A stretch of 64,000 bases of DNA from Dehalococcoidia bacterium. GTDB lineage: Bacteria > Chloroflexota > Dehalococcoidia > UBA6926. Each line of letters starts with the position of its first letter. Position 1 is the stretch's first letter. This document shows, one piece after another, positions 39,101-47,889 of the stretch. The DNA lies in assembly GCA_963666115.2 (NCBI GenBank), contig CAXXET010000006.1:256001-320000 (forward strand). The letters are read 5' to 3'. The translations under genes were made by a program, and so were the position numbers. The notes beneath the pieces were generated by a model. It did no database searches. It saw only the letters and a program-made list of their open reading frames with translations, and was not told the DNA's origin.

Positions 39101-40777
39101 CCCAAGGTACGTCTCGGCGGACATGACGATGGCCTCACGGATTGGATCTATGGCCGGATTCGTCACCTGGGCGAATCGCTGCTTGAAATAGTTGAAGAGG
39201 GAGGGCTGCATCCGGGAGAAGACGGCGAGCGGGGTGTCGTCGCCCATCGAATAGGTGGCGTCCTTGCCCTCCTGCACCATGGGCTTGATGATGATGAGGA
39301 GCTCTTCCGCCGTCATGCCGAAGGCCTTTTGGCGGCGCATCAGCTCCATCTCATCTTCGATATGATGCCCCGCGCCGTTCTGCATGGCGTGGATGGGCAC
39401 GTTCAGCCGGATGTACTGCCGCTCCGCCCACTCGCGGTAGGGCTGCTGCGCGGCGATTTCGGTCTTGATCTCGCCGTTCGTCATGATGCGCCCAGCGCGC
39501 GTGTCAACGGCGATCATGTGGCCGGGGCCGAGCCGCCCCTTTTCGACGATGCGGCTTGTGGCGATGTCCGGCAGGACGCCGACTTCCGATCCCATGACGA
39601 CGAGACCGTCAGCCGTGACGATGTAGCGGGCGGGGCGCAAGCCGTTGCGGTCGAGAGAGGCGCCGACGGTCTCGCCGTCCGACCAGGCGAGCGCGGCGGG
39701 GCCGTCCCACGGCTCGGTCAGGGATGCGTGGTATCGGTAGAACCCGCGCAGGTCTTCGTCCATGTGGGGCATGTTTTCCCATGCCTCCGGGGTGAGCATC
39801 ATCATGGAGTGCAGGAGGCTCCGACCGGACACCTGCAGGAGTTCAAATGCGTGATCCAGCGAGGCTGAGTCCGAGACGGACTGCGACGTTACGGGCGTGA
39901 TGGTTTGCAGATCGTCCTTCGTCCATACCTCTGAACTGAGGTCGGCCTCGCGGGCGCGGAGCCAATTGCGGTTGCCCTGCAGCGTGTTGATCTCGCCGTT
40001 GTGGGCCAGGAACCGGAACGGCTGGGAGAGCTGCCAATTGGGGAAGGTGTTGGTGGAATAGCGTTGGTGGAAGACGGCCAGCGCCGACTCAAAGTCCGGG
40101 TCGTCCAGGTCCTTGTAGAAGCCGGACAACTGCGTCGCGACCAGGAGGCCCTTGTAGACGACAGTCCGAGACGAAAAGGACGGGATGTAGAACTCGCCGT
40201 CACCCCGTCCTGCCATCTCCGCCTCGACGGCTCGCCGCACCAGGTACAGCGCGCGCTCAAAGGCGTCTTTGTCCATGCCGGGCGGACACGCAATGATCGC
40301 CTGCCGGATGTCCGGCAGCGTCGCCAGCGCCTGTTCGCCGAGCACGGACGGATCGTTGGGCACATCGCGCCACATGAGGAAGCGCAAGCCTCGCCGTGCC
40401 GTTTCGTTCTCGATGGTTGCGACGGCGTGTTGCGTGCCCTCGGGGTCGGCCTGCGTGAAGAAGACCATGCCGAGGGCAAGGTCGTCAGCGGAGACGCCGG
40501 AGATGCCCTGCGCGGACAACTCGCGGAGGAGGAGCTTGCGGGGGAGCTGCGTCAGGATGCCCGCGCCGTCGCCCGTGCGGGCGTCCGCGGAGACCGCGCC
40601 GCGGTGTGTGAGATTGGTGACGGCGGTGATCGCCTGCCTGACGATGTCATGCGACGGGACGCCGGAAACCTGGGCGATGAAGCCGGTTCCGCAGGCGTCC
40701 TTTTCGTGAATAGGATCGTATAGCGGCGGCGCGTCGGGACGCCGCCACCCCCGTGCCTCTAATTTGACCATAGCCAA
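36194..40777 (-). CDS. gltB: Glutamate synthase large subunit
   Basis: EKDA-CG N-terminal cysteine, HQRYSTNT, KMAQGSKPGEGGQLPG, CxxxRxCHLNxC and the GXGXG domain. Confidence 0.97.
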   Translation of the reverse strand: MAMVKLEARGWRRPDAPPLYDPIHEKDACGTGFIAQVSGVPSHDIVRQAITAVTNLTHRGAVSADARTGDGAGILTQLPRKLLLRELSAQGISGVSADDLALGMVFFTQADPEGTQHAVATIENETARRGLRFLMWRDVPNDPSVLGEQALATLPDIRQAIIACPPGMDKDAFERALYLVRRAVEAEMAGRGDGEFYIPSFSSRTVVYKGLLVATQLSGFYKDLDDPDFESALAVFHQRYSTNTFPNWQLSQPFRFLAHNGEINTLQGNRNWLRAREADLSSEVWTKDDLQTITPVTSQSVSDSASLDHAFELLQVSGRSLLHSMMMLTPEAWENMPHMDEDLRGFYRYHASLTEPWDGPAALAWSDGETVGASLDRNGLRPARYIVTADGLVVMGSEVGVLPDIATSRIVEKGRLGPGHMIAVDTRAGRIMTNGEIKTEIAAQQPYREWAERQYIRLNVPIHAMQNGAGHHIEDEMELMRRQKAFGMTAEELLIIIKPMVQEGKDATYSMGDDTPLAVFSRMQPSLFNYFKQRFAQVTNPAIDPIREAIVMSAETYLGPRDSMLREREEAAHLLAIPGPVIRDHELDVIRAVDSPSLSSVTLPTVFAAADGPDALEQAIDDLCEQAVSAVDAGRSIIVLSDRPVDERHAPIPMMLALGAVHHDLIRRGKRMKASLVCDTGEAREVHHFAALIGYGASAVNPYLIWESLRELFERGEFSEEEDEDYTLAKYQASANKGVLKIMSKIGISTVTSYHGAQIFEAIGLSDDIVQKCFAGTPSQVGGLGFRELAADVLARHERAFNSELTPKSKLEDYGFIRYRKSGEFHANNPIVVRTLHKAVRSGDYEDYVPYRDALNNRPVSSLRDVLTFNKTREPIPINEVEPVEEIWKHFTTGAMSLGALSPPAHETLAMAMNHIGGAADTGEGGEDPRRFRGLTRGYNANSKIKQVASGRFGVTPEYLAMAEELEIKMAQGSKPGEGGQLPGHKVIEYIAYIRHTQPGITLISPPPHHDIYSIEDLAQLIYDLKTVNPRARVSVKLVAEAGVGTIAAGVAKGYADKIQISGHEGGTGASPLSSIKNAGTPWELGLTETQQVLVMNDLRGRVKLRTDGGIRTGRDVVIATMLGADEVGFGTVALLALGCEMARQCHLNSCPVGVATQRADLIEKFNASVDNVVNYFTFVATEVREILASLGVRSLNDIIGHPEFLALRPDIEELERARFVDALKLIAPADPAFQRPVSNEQDRNDRPNDEKLDDRILSEITGAIESRNPVSLSYDIRNAQRTVGARISGAIAHRYGVKGLPAGTIDLSFTGSAGQSFGAFLNEGVRMTLTGEANDYVGKGMAGGELVVRPPADASFETHKNSIIGNTCIYGGTGGFFFVAGRAGERFAVRNSGTQAVVEGVGDHGCEYMTSGIVVVLGTVGRNFGAGMSGGAAFVLDETGEFPSLYNQELLVLDRLEDPEDERHVLELIERHAETTGSKRAAEILADWPKYRAMFWKALPAQLRDKNLSLAEVLKKVEGAALVTAH

Positions 40778-40822
40778 TTGTACACAAAACCCCCTTCAAT
40801 CTCACGGGGTGTGCGACAGATT

Positions 40823-42163
40823 TCACAAAGTCTGCAAGTAGCGGTCAATCTCGAAATCCGTGACGTGGGCGCGGAAGGCATTCCACTCGATCCGCTTGTT
40901 GCGGATGAAGCTGTCGAAGATGTGGCCGCCCAGGGCGTCTCGCACAAGGCTGCTCTGCTCGGTCAGCAGGATGGCCTCATGGAGGCTGCGCGGCAGTTCG
41001 CCAATGCCCATGTCGGCTCTCTGCGCCTCGGACATGCCAAAAGCGTTGTCGTTCAACGGCTCCGGCGGCTGTAGATTGCGCTCGATGCCGTCAAGGCCGG
41101 CGGCGAGCATGACGGAAAAGGCAAGGTAGGGGTTGCAGGCAGGATCGGGGGCCCTGTATTCGAGGCGGGCGGCATCCGGGTTGCCGGGCGGCACGCGGGG
41201 GATGCGGATGAGGTCTGACCTGTTCCTGTGGGCCCACGTCAGGTAGACGGGGGCCTCATAGCCCGGCACGAGGCGCTTGTAGGAGTTGATCCACTGGTTT
41301 GTGATGGCCGTGAACGCGGGCGCGTGCTCAAGCAGCCCGGCGATGAAATTCAGGGCAACCGGCGACAGGTTGTCGGGGTCGTCCGCGGAATAGAAGGCGT
41401 TGGCCTCGCCCCTGAAGAGCGACTGGTGGGTGTGCATGCCGCTGCCGTTCTCGGTGGTGATGGGTTTCGGCATGAACGTGGCGTGGACGCCGTGCTGCCG
41501 CGCGATTTCCCGCACCACGAGGCGATAGGTCATGCAGTTGTCGGCCATCGTCAGCGCGTCCGTGTAGCGGAGGACGATTTCATCCTGTCCAGGCGCGACC
41601 TCGTGGTGGCTGTACTCGGCCTCGATGCCCATTTCCTCGAGCGTGAGGATGGTTTCCCGCCGCAGGTCTGACGCCACGTCCAACGGCATCTGGTCGAAGT
41701 AGCCGCCGTTGTCGAGCGGGGTCGGGTCGTCCGGCGCCTGGAAGTAGTAGTACTCAAGCTCCGGCCCGACGTAGAAGGTGTAGCCGAGCTCCTGGGCGCG
41801 TTTCAGGTTGCGGCGAAGGACGTAGCGGGGGTCGCCGTCGAACGGCTCGCCCTCCGGGGTATAGATGTCCGCGAAGATGCGGGCCACGCCGGGATGCTCA
41901 GGCCGCCATGGGAGGATGGCAAACGTGGACGGATCGGGCACGGCGACCATGTCCGATTCGTCCACGCGCGCAAATCCCTCGATGGAGGCGCCATCGAAAC
42001 CGATGCCGCGCTCGAGCGCGACCTCAAGCTGGGCGGGACTCAACGAGAATCCCTTGAGGTTCCCGAGGATGTCCGAGAACCACAGCCTGATGAACTTGAC
42101 GTTGCGCTCCCTGACGGTTCGGAGCACGAACTCTTTCGCTGATTCGTCAGCCTGTATTGCCAC
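40823..42163 (-). CDS. Glutamine synthetase family protein (GlnA2-like)
   Basis: FDGASIEG, HHEVAPGQ, TFMPKP and RLEYRAPDPACNPY motifs; GTG start at 42163. The tyrosine of the GlnA adenylylation loop is absent. Confidence 0.88.
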   Translation of the reverse strand: MAIQADESAKEFVLRTVRERNVKFIRLWFSDILGNLKGFSLSPAQLEVALERGIGFDGASIEGFARVDESDMVAVPDPSTFAILPWRPEHPGVARIFADIYTPEGEPFDGDPRYVLRRNLKRAQELGYTFYVGPELEYYYFQAPDDPTPLDNGGYFDQMPLDVASDLRRETILTLEEMGIEAEYSHHEVAPGQDEIVLRYTDALTMADNCMTYRLVVREIARQHGVHATFMPKPITTENGSGMHTHQSLFRGEANAFYSADDPDNLSPVALNFIAGLLEHAPAFTAITNQWINSYKRLVPGYEAPVYLTWAHRNRSDLIRIPRVPPGNPDAARLEYRAPDPACNPYLAFSVMLAAGLDGIERNLQPPEPLNDNAFGMSEAQRADMGIGELPRSLHEAILLTEQSSLVRDALGGHIFDSFIRNKRIEWNAFRAHVTDFEIDRYLQTL

Positions 42164-42180
42164 TGTCCGCAGTCTTGCTC

Positions 42181-43650
42181 CTAGCCGTCGTAGTAGAGGA
42201 AGTACTCGTAGGGGTGGGGGCGGAGGCGCATGGGGTCGACCTCGTTCTCGCGCTTGTAGGAGATCCACCCCTCGATGAGGTCCGGGGTGAAGACGCCGCC
42301 CTTGAGCAGGTACTCGTTGTCCGCCTCGAGGGCAGCCAGCGCGTCGGCCAGGCTTCCGGGAACGTTGGGGAGCGCGGCGGCCTCTTCGCCCTCCATCTCG
42401 TAGATGTCATGGTCGACGGACGGGCCGGGATCGATGCGGTTCTGGATGCCGTCCAGGCCGGCCATGAGCATGGCGGAGAACGCCAGGTAGGAGTTCGCCA
42501 TAGGGTCGGGGCAGCGGAACTCGATGCGCTTGGCGGCGGGGGTGTCCATCTCGTACATCGGAATCCGCACTGCGGCGCTCCGGTTGCGCTGGGAGTAGAC
42601 GAGGTTCACGGGCGCCTCATAGCCGGGCACCAGCCGCCGGTAGGAGTTGGTCGTGGGCGCGGCAAAGGCCAGGATGGACGCGGCGTGCTTGAGGAGGCCG
42701 CCAATGTAGAAGCGCATGGCCTCGCTGGTCTGGGCGTAGCCGTTCGCATCGTAGAAGATGGTGGCGCCGTCCTTCCAGAGGGACTGGTGGGTGTGCATTC
42801 CGGTGCCGTTGTCGCCGAAGATGGGCTTCGGCATGAACGTGGCGGTCTTGCCCATCTGCCGGGACTTTTCCTTGACGATGTACTTGTAGATCTGGACGGC
42901 ATCGCACTCCGCCACGAGCGGCCCGTAATGCAGTCCGATCTCGCCCTGTCCGGCGGTGGCCACTTCGTGGTGGTGCTTGTCGATGTTCAGGCCGGCGTCC
43001 ATCATCGCAAGGATGATCTCGGATCGCAGGTCTTGCTGGGTATCGACGGGCGGGAGGGGGAAGTAGCCGCCCTTGTTGCGCGGGCGATGGCCCAGGTTGG
43101 GCCCCTCGTACTTGTTAAAGGGGCGCCCCGCGTTCCAGACGCCCTCTTCAGAGTCGATGAAGAAGTAGCCCTCGTTCTGCTGGTAATCGTAGCGGGCGCT
43201 GTCGAAGATGAAGAACTCCGCCTCCGGGCCCCAGAAGCTGGCGTCCGCGATGCCGGTGCTCTTAAGGTACTCCTCCGCCTTGCGCGCGACATAGCGCGGA
43301 TCGCGGGAATAGGGCTGTCCCGTCACGGGGTCGCGGATGTCGCAGATGACGGCCAGCGTCGGCACCTCCAGCAAGGGATCGACGTATGCGCCGGCGGGGT
43401 CCGGCACCACGAGCATGTCGGACTCGTCGATTGTCTGGAAACCGCGAATGCTGGAGCCGTCGAAGCCCGTGCCGTTCCTGAAGAGGGCCTCATCCATCAG
43501 CGCGGCGGGAATGGTGAAGTGCTGGCTTGTGCCCAGCAGGTCTGTGAACCGCAGGTCGACCATCTTGATGCCGTTGTCGGCTGCGTACGCGATGACCTCG
43601 CCCGGCGTGGAAAACGCGCCCAGCACCCCGTTGCTCGTCGATTCTGCCAT
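42181..43650 (-). CDS. glnA: Glutamine synthetase type I
   Basis: FDGSSIRGF, KGGYFP, HHHEVATAGQ and RIEFRCPDP motifs; DHDIYE adenylylation site. Confidence 0.96.
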   Translation of the reverse strand: MAESTSNGVLGAFSTPGEVIAYAADNGIKMVDLRFTDLLGTSQHFTIPAALMDEALFRNGTGFDGSSIRGFQTIDESDMLVVPDPAGAYVDPLLEVPTLAVICDIRDPVTGQPYSRDPRYVARKAEEYLKSTGIADASFWGPEAEFFIFDSARYDYQQNEGYFFIDSEEGVWNAGRPFNKYEGPNLGHRPRNKGGYFPLPPVDTQQDLRSEIILAMMDAGLNIDKHHHEVATAGQGEIGLHYGPLVAECDAVQIYKYIVKEKSRQMGKTATFMPKPIFGDNGTGMHTHQSLWKDGATIFYDANGYAQTSEAMRFYIGGLLKHAASILAFAAPTTNSYRRLVPGYEAPVNLVYSQRNRSAAVRIPMYEMDTPAAKRIEFRCPDPMANSYLAFSAMLMAGLDGIQNRIDPGPSVDHDIYEMEGEEAAALPNVPGSLADALAALEADNEYLLKGGVFTPDLIEGWISYKRENEVDPMRLRPHPYEYFLYYDG

Positions 43651-43756
43651 CAGATACTCCTTCCGATGTTACCTTGCCACTTCAACGGAGGGAGCCAACC
43701 GCGCCCGGCCAGCCCCTGCCCCCATATCCAGAATGCGGACGCGGGCGGGGTGTTGG

Positions 43757-43772
43757 GTTACGAACGTGTTAC
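43757..43772 (-). promoter_or_regulatory. Candidate GlnR box upstream of glnA
   Basis: GTAAC-acgttc-GTAAC, an 11-bp-period direct repeat fitting the actinobacterial gTnAc-N6-GaAAc-type consensus. Confidence 0.6.
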
Positions 43773-43788
43773 AGTCTGCGGCGCGGCG

Positions 43789-44475
43789 CTAGCGCGAATC
43801 GGGGTCGGCGCGGAGGCGGTATCCCACGTTGCGGACGGTCTCCACAAAGGTGTGCGTGGGGTCTTCGATCTTGCTGCGCAACCGCCGCACGTGGACGTCC
43901 ACCGTGCGCGTGCCGCCGAAGTAGTCGTAGCCCCAGACGACGTCGAGCAGGGTGTTGCGCGTGAAGACGTGGCCGGGGCGGGAGGCGAGGATGCGGAGCA
44001 GCTCGTATTCCTTGAACGTGAGCGTGACCTGCCGGACGCCGACCCACACTTCGTAGCGCGCGAGATTGATTCGGAGATCGCCGACGGTTATCTCGTCCTC
44101 GTTGGCGGAGCGGGCGCGGTGGCGGGCGTAGAGGAGGGCAAGGCGGGCAATGACCTCCCCGGGATCGGCGGGAACGAGGACGAAATCATCGAGGCCGAGG
44201 GAGGCGTCTATCTCGCGGAGCTGGCCGGGGCGGACAAGGCCGAGAACGGGAACGTACACGTCCTTGTGGCAGGCGGCGGCAATCTCGCGGACGGATGCGG
44301 CGCGGGCAAGCGAACCCGCCATGTCAATGATCAGGATGTCATGGGGGCCCTGCGCCAGGTCGTCCACGTCGTCGCTCCCGGTGAGCGGCGTCCACGCAAT
44401 CACCTCACGGTCGAATGCGGCCGTCAGGTCGGCAAAGGGGGGCGCCTCGTGGGCGCTCAGCAGCGCGACGTGCAT
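43789..44475 (-). CDS. glnR: OmpR-family regulator with atypical receiver domain, GlnR-like
   Basis: LTFKEYELL...PGHVFTR..LL..VWGYDYFGGTRTVDVHVRRLRSK; degenerate receiver with GLDDFV; adjacent to glnA. Confidence 0.72.
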   Translation of the reverse strand: MHVALLSAHEAPPFADLTAAFDREVIAWTPLTGSDDVDDLAQGPHDILIIDMAGSLARAASVREIAAACHKDVYVPVLGLVRPGQLREIDASLGLDDFVLVPADPGEVIARLALLYARHRARSANEDEITVGDLRINLARYEVWVGVRQVTLTFKEYELLRILASRPGHVFTRNTLLDVVWGYDYFGGTRTVDVHVRRLRSKIEDPTHTFVETVRNVGYRLRADPDSR

Positions 44476-44532
44476 CTCAGAGTGCTCATAGGGGACAGAT
44501 AGAGTATAGCCTGTGCCGCCGGTGGTATTCTT

Positions 44533-45420
44533 GTGAGCACGATGACCCTGACAGTTGACCAACGCGTTCCGCGCCCGCGCCGCCTGCCGGAGTGGTTCAA
44601 GGTTCCCGCGCCGGGCAGCGAGCGCTACCGCAAGCTGAAGGCGCTGGTTGAGGGCAACGGCCTGCATACGGTGTGCGAGGAGGCGCGCTGCCCCAACATC
44701 GGCGACTGCTGGGACCGCGGCACGGCGACGTTCATGATCCTCGGCGACACCTGCACGCGCGCCTGCCGCTACTGCGCCGTCAAGACGGGGGATCCCGGCG
44801 GCGTTGTGGATGCGCTCGAACCGCTGCGCGTCGCCCAGGCCGTCCACCGCATGGGCATCAGGTACGCGGTGATTACGTCCGTCGACCGCGACGATCTGGC
44901 GGACGGCGGCTCGTCCATCTTTGCCCAGACCATCAACGCGGTGAGGCGTGTCGCGTCGGGTGTCGGCGTTGAGGTCCTCATCCCGGATTTTGGGGGGAAT
45001 TGGGACGCGCTCCGCACGGTGATGGATGCTGCCCCGGACGTTCTGAACCACAACATCGAAAGCGTGCCGTCCGTCTTTCGCGTGGTGAGGCCGCGCGGCA
45101 ACTACTGGCTGTCGCTGGAGCTGCTGGAGCGGGCCAAGCGGGCGGGGATGAGGACGAAGTCCGGCATCATGGTCGGCCTGGGGGAGACGCGGGAGGAGCT
45201 GCTGTCCACGATGGACGACCTTGTCAGCGTGGGGTGTGAGATTCTGACCATCGGGCAGTACCTGCGGCCAACACCATCGCACGCGCCGCTTGATCGGTTC
45301 TATACGCCGGGGGAGTTCATTGAGTTACGGGAGGAGGGAATGGCGCGGGGGTTCAGGCACGTGGAGTCGGGGCCGCTTGTGAGGAGCTCATATCATGCTG
45401 AGGAGCAGGCGGGGGGTTAA
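44533..45420 (+). CDS. lipA: Lipoyl synthase
   Basis: CEEARCPNIGDC, CTRACRYC and VRSSYHA motifs. Confidence 0.96.
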   Translation: MSTMTLTVDQRVPRPRRLPEWFKVPAPGSERYRKLKALVEGNGLHTVCEEARCPNIGDCWDRGTATFMILGDTCTRACRYCAVKTGDPGGVVDALEPLRVAQAVHRMGIRYAVITSVDRDDLADGGSSIFAQTINAVRRVASGVGVEVLIPDFGGNWDALRTVMDAAPDVLNHNIESVPSVFRVVRPRGNYWLSLELLERAKRAGMRTKSGIMVGLGETREELLSTMDDLVSVGCEILTIGQYLRPTPSHAPLDRFYTPGEFIELREEGMARGFRHVESGPLVRSSYHAEEQAGG

Positions 45421-46556
45421 CTGCCGTCCTCCTTAGCTAGGGGTGCCTTATCCATCTGGGCGGCCAGTCAGGGCCTAGCCAGCGGTCCAGTTTTTCCGCA
45501 ATCTCAAAACCGGCTGCCATTGCGGCAATCGGGAATCCAACCTCAACCAAGAAGTTGAGCGGAGCGGCGAGAAGAGTCTCCACGATGCCGAATTGGGGGT
45601 CGAATAGCAGAACGATGGCGAGCAAGCATAGCAGCGTGATGACGGAAACGAACACGGAGATTACGAGCGCTATCTCAATGACATCCTTCACCGAGACTAG
45701 ACTTCTCCCCCCCGGTTGAGCGAGTGACACCCATAATCCCAGAAGAACCACAAGCAACGTCCAGAATCGCCAATCCTGACTTCCGTCCAGGGCATGCACA
45801 GCCAGGGCGAACACGATAATCGTGTACATGAGCAAGAACGCGCCGACCACTGCGCACCGTGGGTTCTTGCTTATCCACGGAATTGTCCGGAGTGCTATAA
45901 CCAAGAGGACGAGCAGCAAGGCCCAGACGTAGATTGGCGCAGACGTGGATATGTCTGCATCAATGACGAAGAATCCCCACAACACGAGAGCGAACGCAGC
46001 CAAGAGCAGCCCGCCAGATGCCAGCTCAATAGCAATGCTTGACCGAGATACCCCCTCCGGTTTCTTCTTCGGAGTCTTCTGTGGTTGAGTCGAACCCACG
46101 TAATGCATGAAGAACGGTAAGCCCAACGTCAGGACCAACATCAGGATCACCACAGCGACCGCCCAGCGATAGATGCTGTCACCAGGCTCCGGCGCGAGCA
46201 AGAAGGTGACCCATAGCAGCCATCCGGCGGCGACCGCCACGAGCGCGCCAATGCCGAAGGCCAACACAGGGAGCAGTATGGATCCAATCCCCGATTCGGG
46301 CCGTTCTATCTCCTTGACGGCAAGTACCGGTAGTGCGGCGAGACCGGGCAACGCCCACCAGAAGAACCACCTGGTTGTTCCCTCACCGATTCCGGCACCC
46401 TGGATGTAGTACCCCCACAGGATGAAGCTGAAACCCAGGATTGAAGCTGAAACCCAGGATTAGGTAGAGAACCAAGAACCATGGGCCTGCCCGCTTCAGT
46501 TTGTCACGCATAAGTCGGGCGCCTCCTAACAACGCAGAGGAGCAGGCGGGGGGTTA
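45400..46556. repeat. 20-bp direct repeats (lipA 3' end) flanking a one-gene cassette
   Basis: GAGGAGCAGGCGGGGGGTTA at 45400-45419 and 46537-46556. Confidence 0.85.
45437..46511 (-). pseudogene. Polytopic membrane protein paralogue A, frameshifted by a 19-bp tandem duplication
   Basis: TGAAGCTGAAACCCAGGAT occurs twice (46423-46460). Removing one copy gives MRDKLKRAG...GEGTTRWFFWWALPG, colinear with 46837-47883. Confidence 0.8.
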
Positions 46557-46787
46557 GACGGGTTCGGTGAAGACCGGCTCTCCCGCCGGCTCTGGGTGCC
46601 GGTGATTCACAAGGGCTACAATGATGCGCCGTTCGCTGTCACGAACCTGCTGCTGAAGCAGGTCAAACCGCTGTCGCCCGCGTTCCTCGCCCTTGGCCAT
46701 ATCGGAGCGCAGCCAACTGAACAGACCGAATATCAGGACGGCCAACGCAACTCCAACTCCGATGATCGAAAGCATTTCGGGACTCAC
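46554..46787 (-). CDS. Small single-TM coiled-coil hypothetical protein
   Basis: MSPEMLSIIGVGVALAVLIFGLFSWLRSDM...; GTG start with an upstream purine-rich AAGGAAGG. Confidence 0.6.
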   Translation of the reverse strand: MSPEMLSIIGVGVALAVLIFGLFSWLRSDMAKGEERGRQRFDLLQQQVRDSERRIIVALVNHRHPEPAGEPVFTEPV

Positions 46788-46836
46788 TGGTTAGGCCTTC
46801 CTTGTCTTGGGGGTCATTATGACACATCAACCGTCG

Positions 46837-47883
46837 CTAGAGGCGGATTTTCCACCAGGGCATCCAGCCGACCCTCAAGCAGCGGTCAAGTCTTTGCGCG
46901 ATCTCAAACCCGCTAACCATGCCCGCAATCGGCAACCAAACCTCAACCATGAGAGCGAACGGGGCCGCAAGAATAGTCTCCACGAGACCGAGTTCCCTTT
47001 CCAATACTAAAACAGCGATCAGCAACCATAGCACCGCGACGCCGAGAAGGAACACGCAGACCACCAGCACTGCCTCGACCACAATCTTGACGAAGTCTAG
47101 ACGTGCCTTCTTCAGTCGACCGCGTGACACCCATAGTCCCAGAAAAGCCGCAATCAACGTCCGGGACCGCCAATCGTCACTGCCGTCCAGGGACTCGATA
47201 GCCAGAGCGAGCACGATGGCTGTGTACATGAACAGGAACGCGCCGACCAGCGCGCCTCTTGGATTCGACTTTATCCAGGGAATCGTCCAACGTGCTGCAC
47301 CGGCGACGACGAGCAGCATGGCCCAGACGTAAATTGGCTCAGATATGGATATGTCTGCATCAACGACGAGAAATCCCCACAATACGAGAGCGAGCGCAGC
47401 CAACATCAATGCGCGTGCTGCCAGATTGAGCGCAGTGCTCCTCCAGCATCCCTGACAATTCAGTTCTGATGTGCATTCTTTGGCTGAGCGGAACCGTACG
47501 CCAAATATGACGTACAGTGAGGCCAACATCAGGATCAAGACGGCGACCCACCAGCGGTACACGCTGTCGCCAGGCTCCGGCGAGAGCACGGAGTTGACCC
47601 ATAGTAGCCATCCGGCGGCGAGGGCGCCGAGCCCAGCAATGCTGAAGACCAACCCCGAGAGCAGTATGGATTTAATCTCCCGTTTGGGCCGTTGCACGTA
47701 GAACACAGCAAGCACCGGCAGCGCGGCGAGTACCGGCAGCGCCCACCAGAACATCCATTGGGTCACTCCTTCACCGGTATCGACATCCTGTAGGTAAAAT
47801 TCCCACAGGAAGAGCATCGGACCCGCCACTAGGTAGAGACCGAGGAGCACCAGGCCTGCAAGCTTCAGTTTGTTTCGCATCAC
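46837..47883 (-). CDS. Polytopic membrane protein paralogue B (hypothetical)
   Basis: About ten hydrophobic segments; shares PEPGDS.YRW, DADIS, LDGS.DWR and G.VET.LAAP with paralogue A. Confidence 0.75.
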   Translation of the reverse strand: MMRNKLKLAGLVLLGLYLVAGPMLFLWEFYLQDVDTGEGVTQWMFWWALPVLAALPVLAVFYVQRPKREIKSILLSGLVFSIAGLGALAAGWLLWVNSVLSPEPGDSVYRWWVAVLILMLASLYVIFGVRFRSAKECTSELNCQGCWRSTALNLAARALMLAALALVLWGFLVVDADISISEPIYVWAMLLVVAGAARWTIPWIKSNPRGALVGAFLFMYTAIVLALAIESLDGSDDWRSRTLIAAFLGLWVSRGRLKKARLDFVKIVVEAVLVVCVFLLGVAVLWLLIAVLVLERELGLVETILAAPFALMVEVWLPIAGMVSGFEIAQRLDRCLRVGWMPWWKIRL

Positions 47884-47889
47884 TCTTGC

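Noticed and set aside
42157-44502. 781-aa plus-strand ORF, and similar ones opposite gltB, rpoB and rpoC
   Set aside because: Antisense shadows of conserved core genes.
43789-45282. 497-aa extended version of the response regulator
   Set aside because: The N-terminal extension is the antisense of lipA; the real start is about 44475.
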